Assembly (NCBI RefSeq): GCF_022539665.2
Contig: NC_081331.1
Span: forward strand, 5,208,001-5,272,000
Length of the DNA: 64,000 nucleotides
Direction of reading: 5' to 3'
Source: Daphnia carinata
Taxonomy: Eukaryota
The position numbers and the translations under genes are program-made. The stretch's first letter is position 1. The number at the start of each line of letters is the position of its first letter. The notes under the pieces were generated by a model. The model ran no database searches. It saw only the letters and a program-made list of their open reading frames with translations, and was not told where the DNA came from. Positions 54,678 to 64,000 of this stretch are shown piece after piece.

Positions 54678-55356
54678 ATGCAGTTCTTCGTTTGCCTTTT
54701 GGCCGTTTCTATTGCAACCGTTGCCAATGCCCAATATCAGCCGTATTACGACGATCTCCTGTATCCTTATGCGGGTGCTCCGATCCCTGGCATCCAGCCT
54801 GTCATCGACCAAGACCGTTTTCTTTTCCAAGTGACATCTTGGTTTACAACGACCACCACATCCACAACAACGACCACCACAACTTGCACGGTATCGAACG
54901 CCGCAAACGCCGCTGCCTGCGTTGCTGGTCGTCGCCGCAGAGGCTTCCTTGACGACGAGGAGGACATTGAACCTTCTCCAGTAAACAAGTGAGTGCCAAA
55001 ATCATTGAAAAGCTTCTGCATTATTAATTCTTACAATGTTTTTGTCTCTTTCTAGGGTGGAGCCAACCCAGCTCCCTGACATGCAAGCATCAATGATTAG
55101 AAAGGAACGCAAACCCGATCCGCAAATTGCATATTGGCGTGCTTCTGCTGATTACACGCCATACGAAGTTCAGTCCACATTCGGCCAACGTCCATTCCCC
55201 GTTGCCTACAATCCGTTCTTCCGCCGGCCTGTTGTTGCAGCTGATCCACGACTATTCGTGCAACTGCAAGTGACGAGGACATCGACAACTACCGTGACTA
55301 CCACTTCCAGATCGACGCCTGTCTGTTCGTCGCCTAGCAACTTCAATCAGTGTTGA
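54678..55356 (+). CDS. 'ADPQ' family paralog I (~203 aa, 2 exons)
   Basis: Exons 54678-54988 and 55056-55356 (612 nt). ANA|QY; CTVSNAANAAAC-VAGRRRRG; RKER-KPDPQ; CSSPSNFNQC*. TATA 54582-54589. Confidence 0.9.
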
Positions 55357-56439
55357 AAACCTTTACATTTGCCTATATTTAACATTATTTTGATGATGAG
55401 TTTGAAGAATTCGAAACAAAATATTGTTTCTATTTCCATTATTTATTGGTGGCGAAAGTTAAGGCGATAAAACATTAGAAAATTTCATTAATTATTTCAG
55501 AAGGAATGAATTTTTTTACATTTTCGTTTTGGCAGATGGCATGGAAATATACAATTCTACATTAAATTAATTTCTTGGCCTTTTAAAAGTTACCGTCATT
55601 AATTTTCTTATAACAAATAGTTTCAAACGTCGAATAAGCGTTAATAAACTGCAGCTTTGCGAAGCTACATACGTTGCCTTTGGTACAAGCGACGTCCTTT
55701 AAGTTTAACCGCATAAAGATAAACGGTGGTAATTTGAAACTACTTAGCAAGACCGCAATGAAGAGGTTATTGACTTGTTGTCCAGTACGTAAGGTTTGAA
55801 AAAACCTATAATATGAAAGAAATACAGTAAAAAGAACTTTTAACGCAACTTAAGATAAAAACACATTTTATTTCGTAAGACTTGAAAACAAAGCGCAACA
55901 TGATCTGTTCTATAATGAAAACATAATAACTTATACTTGGAGATCCCGCTAATGAACATCATAATTTTGAGACGAATTATTGCTCAACTTCTAATTTGTC
56001 GTGAGAAAACAAATAGAGGAAAGGCACCTTTATTTCATCCACGTCGAGTTTGCTGATGTTAGCAAACCCGTTTTCAAGGGCAGTGTCAATGGAACTTCCC
56101 TGCTGATTTGTCCTCTGGTTTCCACGGCTAACAAAGGGGAACAACCGTTCGCAACGAGAAAGGCTTTTGGAAATTGCAGAACATAAATTGCAACTTTAAG
56201 TTTGGCCTACGGCACATGAAACCAACACCTCTCTAGCGATTATGAAAATAGATTGGAAAAAATGACAGGATGTGAACCACCCAAATAAGGATTGAAATTA
56301 ACCACACTTTAAGACACCCCTCCCCTCCAGTACAATCTGGACTATATAAACCTGCTCGCTTGATTGGCAAAATTTGCAGTTGCCATTGTAGACTTTCGCA
56401 AGCAAGATTCTTTCCAAAGGGAAATCATTTCCAGCAAAA

Positions 56440-57109
56440 ATGCATTCATTTGTTTTTGCGTTATTTGTCAGCATTGTCGTAGTTCAAGGATACGCCCAAT
56501 ATCATCCGTATTACGATGGAAGTGCGTACCCATATCCGAGCTATCCATTGACTGATAGTCGTACCCCGAATGTGGCCTATGACAACCGTCTTTTCTGGTC
56601 CTATTTAACATCCACCACGACGACGACAACAACAACAACAACAACCTGTACAGTAGTGGCTGCCAACGCCTGTAACAATGGTCGTCGTCGCAGAAGCTTC
56701 CTCCAGGGTGACGATGATTCCATCGAACCATCTCCAGTCAACAAGTTCGTAACTGAACACTGGAAGGAAAAAGCTCTCGAAATCTTATGGTTTTTTTTAA
56801 ATTTGTGACAGGGTTGAGGCCACACCGCTTGCGGAAGTAGATTTCGCATCGAGAATCGAACGCAAAGCTGCACCTCAGTTTGCCTATTGGCGTGGAGGAG
56901 TTGACTATCCTTCATACCAACCTCTGTCCACCTTCGGTCAGCGCCCGTTCGTTACCGTGTACAATCCGTACATCCGCCGTCCGGTCATTGGGTCCGATCC
57001 GCGTTTCTTGTTGTATTACGGTTACACGACGACCAGCACATCCACGACGACCACAACTTCCAGGTCAACACCAATCTGTTCCCAACCGAGCGGCTTCAAT
57101 CCCTGTTAA
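56440..57109 (+). CDS. 'ADPQ' family paralog J (~200 aa, 2 exons; exon 2 not shown in the ORF track)
   Basis: Exons 56440-56744 and 56812-57109 (603 nt). Exon 2 translated by hand: VEATPLAEVDFASRIER-KAAPQFAYWRGG..DPRFLLYYGYTTTSTSTTTTTSRSTPICSQPSGFNPC*. TATA 56343-56350. Confidence 0.88.
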
Positions 57110-57806
57110 ATGGGGAACCGTAACTCGACGTATTTCATGTTACCGTTACTCATTTTTTACTTACTCCCCGTTATTTATTGGTGGGGAACTTAGAGGCGGA
57201 AGACCCTGGCAAAACAGTTAATTTAATAGCGCTTAATTGCGGTTGAATCGAAATACAAGGACTCGTATTACTCAGTTCACCATCTGTTCTTTTGATTTGA
57301 TCTGATCTGACTTCTGCAAAGCTGTTGAAATTGGCAATACGGTCAGAGTTGGATGGCGAATGCCTCTTGGCAAATTTTAAGACGCTTCTACTAACGACTT
57401 ATTAAATATAACTCGTAGTAGAGGGCGCCTCTGATGGCCTTTTCTACGTGTTGTCAAAGCTTTTAAGGACGATGAAGTTCTCTGGCTCAAACTGCGACAC
57501 CATCATTTAGCCTGATGAAAAGTGCTGAATCATTCAAAATTGAGCAATAGTTAACTTTAAACTATGATCACTATAACTGAATAGAAGGCATGTCTTTATC
57601 CTGCGGCATCGGAATGAAAGAGACGAAATTACAGTACGTTAAACTGACCAAATAAGGATGACACAAAAATCCTGATGTCGGTTCATTTTGCACTGCAATT
57701 TCTTTCGGTATATAAACGTTTTGCATCACAGTGATTGTTCCGTTCATATCTTCAAGTCATCCGAGGCTGTCCTCTTTCCATCAGAAAATACCTCCGAATC
57801 GTAATA

Positions 57807-58461
57807 ATGCGCCATTTTGCTTTTCTCTTGTACGTTTCCATTACGATGGTCAAGGGAAACGTCCCATATCAGCCCTACTACGACGACAGCTTGTACCAGT
57901 ATCAAGGCTACCCAGATGCTGAATTGCAATCTCCGAATTTGATTTACGACAGTCGTCTTTTCTGGTCGTTATTGACGACTACAACAACAACGACGACAAC
58001 CACAACGACCACTTGTACGGTATTTACTAACGTAGCTTGCAACGCTGGCCGACGTAGACGATTCGTCGAGGACGATGATGATTCTATTCATCCTTCTCCA
58101 GTAAACAAGTAATCGAAATTTTCAAGATTTTATTGTCGTTCGAATTAACTGTTTACGACGTTATGGCAACAGAGTTGAGACTACACAGCTTACCGACATG
58201 GAGCTGTCTTCCAGGAGAGAACGCAAAGCTGATCCCCAAGTGGCAATATGGCGCGGGTATCCTGACTATGTGATGCCTCAATCAACGTTTGGCTATCGTT
58301 ACGGTCCTACAAATTATTACAATCCATTTGTTCGCCAGCCAGTGATTGTAGCTGATCCACGTCTCTTTTTGCGCGTAACAAGCACGTCGACATCGACGAC
58401 CACTACCACTTCCAGATCAACGCCCATTTGCTCGCAAGCGAGCGGCTTCAATGCGTGCTAG
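57807..58461 (+). CDS. 'ADPQ' family paralog K (~196 aa, 2 exons)
   Basis: Exons 57807-58108 and 58173-58461 (591 nt). DSRLFW-Thr run-CTVFTNVAC-NAGRRRR; RRER-KADPQ; CSQASGFNAC*. TATA 57709-57716. Confidence 0.9.
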
Positions 58462-60370
58462 GGTTTGTAATCTATCTTGCATCTACATCATGGCGGGCAT
58501 AGGCATCGAGCATTTAATCAGCCATCAGTTTCTGTTAAGACGTTGATGGACGACTGTTTCGTAATTTAATAAACGTAGCGAAGTAATACTTTGTGTCTGT
58601 AGGATTGCACGATGGTAATACATCAATTCATGCATGGTAACAAACCATTGAATCAATTGAAGATGAACTTCATATTATCTCACAAATTTGTATTCACATC
58701 TTCTCCTCTTCGTTCTCGCCCGTTTTCTTTTCCCCTCTTTCTGCTTCTTCTTCTCTTACAAATTGAGTTATATGTATGTATGGAGGTCGACCTGGAGCTA
58801 GAACAAAATGGGCAACAAAAGGGATCCAGCTACCGAGTAAGAATGAAATTGTGTGAACGGCTGAGACGGAGGAAAACAGAATAGGAGGGGGTGTTTTACA
58901 GGTGCGGAAAAGGGAAGAGAGCGATAATGTTCATCAAAAAAGTGACAATGCACGGGGGAGAAATGAATAAGAAATTGAAAACAAAAGGAAAAACAAACAA
59001 CTTCAGATCATGTTAAGCTTGAAAAAAAAAGGAAAGAGTAACAACTATCGATGACATAGTTACGAGATATCCAAACAGACTGTTCAACGAAGAGGAGGGG
59101 GGGACCAAGTTTTAGGATTTGCAAATTTTCGTGCGTGATACATGTGAAAGCCAATCATTGGGTTTCGTATACAAATGTTCGATTTGATGTCATCGGCATT
59201 GAGTTAAGGAAAAATAATCAAAAGGGAAGTAGGTAAAACTTGGCATGAAAATCACAAAGGATTAAAATGAGAAGACAAAACTTCAAACTAAAACAGAAGA
59301 ACAAAAGACTTTTTGCAAGGGTCTCAGCGTGATTACAAAATATTTTTCATACAATGAAATTGTGGGCTTTCATGTCGTATTTAACAGAGTGTGAAAAGGA
59401 ATCGACCGATATGCTTGCGGTCGCAGCTCGTCTACTCTTTGCTGACACAAGACGTGATTGTTTTTTTCTCAAAAAATACCTTTAAACGCGTAGTTTGAAT
59501 CTCGCTATCGATCACTCGATGACCGAAGTCGGCTTCATTAAAGAAGGAAGAGCAAATGGACTAGACAGACAGAAATGAATTACGTGAAGATTTAAAAAAA
59601 AAAGGCACTAACCCTTGGACTTGTGTGGCGCGACTTCGAAAAAAATTCCAAGAAAAATTTTCTTTATAAAAACAAAAAAAGAATTTTTCAAAAATTAGCC
59701 TTCCAAATTCAAATAATGCAGCGCCATCTGATGGTCGGTAAATTCAATCGCTTTTGCCAGCATACGACGAGAAGCTTTTTGTTTACAAAAACAAAATAAC
59801 AAGGAAACGGAAATCAACTAAGTGTGTACGTATCCTCACAATTTTTGTGTTGTCGTTTCATTTGCATCAGTTAAACTGCTTGTGGGAAGTGCTAGTTAAA
59901 AAAAAAAAAAAAACGTCGTCCTTGGCTCTTTCCTTCAATGAAAATCCAATAATTACAAACCTTTGCTTGAATGCTCCACTCGAAAAAGACCAATGACTAA
60001 TCGTTGTCCTGCTGAGTAATCATACAATTTTTTCTTTATTCGATTCCAGTGCGCGCAAAAAGTTCTCTTGGTATGTGGAGAAGCTTTTCAGATAAGAAAC
60101 TCCCACAGTTTCAACTTTTTTACAGCTTATGGACATGTCAGTGATCAAAGGGCTGAAAGATACGGAGAGGAAGGAGTAGGGAATTGAAAATTGGAGTACA
60201 GCATCAAAACTAGTCAAGGCAATCAAGTTCACTCAAATGTTTTCAAGAATCACTTGTAGGTTTCTCTTGTCTTGAAAAAAATTTTACTTGCCATATCAAA
60301 CTTGGATTGGTTTGAGCAGCGGCTATTCCAATTAATTAAAAAAAACATGTCACCTATCATTTCATTGTTG

Positions 60371-63300
60371 CTATGTAAGTAGCTTGAAGAAGAGGTATGC
60401 TAGTGAAAGATTGATGATCAAGATGAAAATCGTCAACTGTTGGCGAGCAAACCAGGCCTGTAAATATAAATAAAATAAGATAAAATCACAATTGATTTCT
60501 AGATATTTTCCTTTTCTTCATTGACGTTTGTCAAAACATTTTGATTCACGGTTCTACAGGACCGGTATGCACTAATTACCATGTGGATGGGACAAAAAAA
60601 AATAATTGGAAAGAGGGCGGAACTGATCTATTATTTGACTAGGAAAAGTCGGACTGGACGAAAATGGCAGGGTAAGTTAAGACACATATTGTTCTGACCT
60701 TGACTTGCGGGCTACAGAAATAGAGCAAAGGATTCGCTCTGTAGCGTTCGGCTTCCTCATTTTGGCGTCGGACTTCCTCTCGTCTCTGCGAGCTGAGAAC
60801 CGAAGCCTCCTCTCGACTCAGGATCGCCGCCGGCGCGTCGGCTGCACCAGGAAGACTTTTCTTCCGTTTCGGCACCGGAGCCGGAGCCACCTGTACCCCA
60901 AAAAAAACCGAATGAATTTATCCTTAAAACATCATATTTTATATCGCTGGTAAAAACAGAAGAAAGAGTTATCGTGTGTTGTTTGTCACCGTGAAAATAT
61001 AAAGACAAACAACGGCCATAATATACCATAGCTTTGGGGGGATCGGGCAGAACGCTGCACGAAGCCCTCCTGGCCAAATATTCCATGTAATCCACAGAAG
61101 GCTCTTCATCTTCTTCCTCACCCCACGACCAGTTCATCATTATATCTAACACTACTACTGCTTCAGTTAATGCGCTTGGTATCAAGTAGCTTAAATTCGT
61201 TTGATGTTTGCACGTTTAAAAAATAGGGGGCCAACTCGAAAGTGTTTTATTTGGAACGAGAACAGCTGTTAGGATTGGATGGAACAAGACACACGTGTTG
61301 CTCGAGCACTCGCACAGACGCTGTACACACGGCATGCACACACACGAGGTGGCCAATTCTTCGGCTACGCCTCTTCGTTTTCGCTGTTTTTACCTCTAAA
61401 AAATTGTAGAACGAGCGAGAGAGCGTCGCGATTCGGACTAGAACCTCCTATCGGACACAGTTGCTTCTGATCGCTCCCCCATTTTCTATTCATTTCTCTC
61501 CGCCCTTTCCATTCTTGACTCTTTTCCCTCTTGTCTTCGCATCCCCTTTCTCTACCAAAAATGAGCTGCACCGGCTAGAAAGCTATTTCCATCGGCGCCA
61601 GATTGGCACGAAGCCTCGCACTGGAGGAACCCCTTTAAAGACAGAAGGAGGGAGGAACCACCCATATTAGCCCATTAGCCGAGTTTTCGCTATCATTCTC
61701 CGGTACGGCACGATCCAGGATGGAGGGAGCGTTTCATTCTAAAAATATCCACTCGACACAAGAGAGAAAGGAAGAGACACTAGAATGAAAACGTCTCGGC
61801 CGAGATTCGCGACCCTTGACGGACCGTAAAGCAAAACAAAACACACGGGCGCATTCTTGGCTCTTGGCAATGTGTTCTACTTGTAAGCTCAACAAAAGCT
61901 GAATCACATTAAAAGCCTTTAGAACTTGCATTTGAGCTACAGGCTCCATTGCTTGCTGAATGGGCCTTGAAATGTTTCAAACTGTAAACAATTTGACGTC
62001 AATTCAAAATGATTTACCTTTTCTTTTTTGCGGGCGGGCGAGATGTAGAGCGACTCGGTCCGTTTTGGCGTGTTCATACCGTCGTGGGGAATTTCCTGGC
62101 CGAGCCGCTGACGGAGCAGCATCTCCTCGATAATGTTTCCAGGTTGGCCGTTGCCTCCTCCAAATCCAGGTACACTTCCATTGCCTGGACTTATGGACGT
62201 TTCCTTTTGCGATTTCAAAGAGACGCAGCAATATGCATAAAATATGAATGTGATTATTTATTAAAATGAAAAAAGAAGCATGAAAAAGATGTCGTACTCT
62301 CATGGGCGTGGCCATTCGACGCTGGAGGCTTCCGCTACTGGGCTGATTAGTGTTACCATCGGTGCTGTCTTGATGGAAGCGACTGCTGAGCGTCGAAGGT
62401 GTCGGGCTACTGCTGAGGAGAGGCGGCCGTTGTCTAGAGTTCGATCGGAAGACCATCTGACTGGGCGTCGGAGCCGGACTGGGACCTCGGCTGCTGCCCA
62501 TGAGGGAGGACTCTTGACGCGTCAAAGCGATCGAACTTTGCCTGGACGATCGGCTGAAACGGTCCATGGACGGATCGCGACTGCGGTCGCGACTGGGCGG
62601 CCGTTTGTAGTGATCGAAATGGTCGTTCATCGCCTGCTGGAAGTTGTACGAGGGATTGTTGGACTCGACGTAGCCGCCGCCGACGACGAAACTGCTGCCG
62701 GACAGGGCTGGTCCTCGTCGCAGTGAAGAGCGCCCGCGCTCAAGCTGCCCGTGTCCAGCTAAACCCATTTCCCCTCTCATTTCGTCACCGCTGCTCGAGT
62801 ACGGCCCACCACCGTCATAGTTGCTGGCCTGATTGTAACTGGAACTGCCATACTGCGGCTGCTGTTGTTGCGATGGCATAGTGGGTCGAAGACCAAACTG
62901 ATCCTGGCTGTTCTTCCTGGCCAGAAGACTGTGACTGCTATTGATGTTGTTATTGTTGATGTTATTGCTGTAATTGCTAGGGCCGCCGAATCCACTGGGG
63001 ATGACGCCAGCTGGAGGACGGCTGTTGTTCGGTGACGAATAGCTATTCATGGCTACCAAACTGTGATCCAATTCCATCTTGTTTTGAAAATTGCTCGGAC
63101 TGCGAACGCCACCGATGGCCACGCTGGGACGGCGGGTCAGTTCGTTCATTCCTCCTCCGCTTCCTCCACTCGTCAGGCCCATCGGGGGCATCAAACCTCC
63201 TCCTCCTCCTCCGTAATCTTCAGTTCTGGAGGTGGCTGCAGGTTGCTGGACAGCGTTGGATTGCTGCTGTTGAACTGCACCATCGCCCATGTATCCATAA

Positions 63301-63457
63301 CCGTCACCGTGCTGGATATTATTTGGCGTTAAATAATTAGGGCCTGTTTTCGCTTGCGTAGATGATGGTCCGGCCGGCCCAGCAGCAGCCGATGTGGATA
63401 ATTGGTGCGGTATCAAACGCGCCAGAACTGCCAACGGTGGCCTCATCGTCTCTGCAC
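60371..63457 (-). CDS. Low-complexity (S/G/N/Q/R-rich) protein with a C-terminal tail anchor; 5' end may lie upstream of 63457
   Basis: Exons about 63457-62298, 62203-62018, 60890-60699, 60457-60371 join in phase 0. C-terminus ..RYRANPLLYFCSPQVK|AWFARQQLTIFILIINLSLAYLFFKLLT* is a single terminal hydrophobic helix. A splice acceptor precedes ATG 63446. Confidence 0.78.
61027..61140 (-). CDS. Putative alternative first coding exon (38 aa) of the tail-anchored protein gene
   Basis: MMNWSWGEEEDEEPSVDYMEYLARRASCSVLPDPPKAM ends at a phase-0 GTATAT donor compatible with the phase-0 acceptor at 60890. Confidence 0.5.
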
Positions 63458-64000
63458 CTAAGTACGAAAATCAAATAATAATCGATTAAATTCAAATTTT
63501 TATGCAAAAAAAAAAAAAAAAGGAAATGCAAAACGAATGATTAGAAAATGAATCAATATCAGGCAGGGCGAATAAGAAAATGATTTATTGAATTCGATGA
63601 AATATTTGTTACTGAATTGATTTGCATACGTGTACTCGAAATTCGTTTGTTGCCAAACCAGCCGAATCATCGTTGCTCTTTAATTCGCTGAATGAGCAAT
63701 AGAGTACTGGCTATGATCGATAATGCGAGCAGAGTACGATGCGCCCCCACCCATCGACATCGTTGAATTGGAAAGTCAGGTTCTTTACGCATTCAAACGT
63801 GGGTGGAATAAAATATTACGCCAGGTAAAGCATTTCGCCGATCAATATTGCCGTTCTAGCGGTTGCTTATTTCCAAGGTTCTCAGCCAACAAGAATGTCA
63901 AAGATTCACTTGTTACAAACTCGGGCCTTTCGATTCGAGAAATGATCAAAGTTCAAGAGCTACGCATTCGTACAAATAAAATGCAGCGATCATTTTGCGA

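Noticed and set aside
53278..63340. Antisense and alternative-frame ORFs over family genes and the last gene (e.g. 53278-53580, 54767-55021, 62280-62726)
   Set aside because: Shadows of real exons, such as poly-Val from Thr codons.

Overview
AT-rich eukaryotic genomic DNA with many short GT-AG introns, consistent with a branchiopod crustacean such as Daphnia (inference). The dominant feature is an 11-member family of small secreted-protein genes (about 196-315 aa after manual splicing) in two clusters: three on the minus strand at 10.4-16.5 kb, and eight at 44.2-58.5 kb (four minus, then four plus, divergent). Each encodes a signal peptide and two similar modules (Tyr/Pro-rich, then RLF/RQ, a Thr-rich run and a Cys pair) joined by an acidic spacer. 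All 11 carry an R-x-x-R|X-A/P|X-P|Q motif that reads as a furin, dipeptidyl-peptidase and pyroglutamate maturation code. Between the clusters lie an FN3 single-pass membrane gene (FNDC4/5-like), PHGDH, a palindrome-punctuated repeat array, tRNA-Val(TAC) and RB1CC1/FIP200 (Atg17). The right end holds a low-complexity tail-anchored protein gene with a possible short isoform. The first ~10 kb and 17-25 kb show no convincing coding sequence. All gene models were spliced by eye and none was checked against a database.
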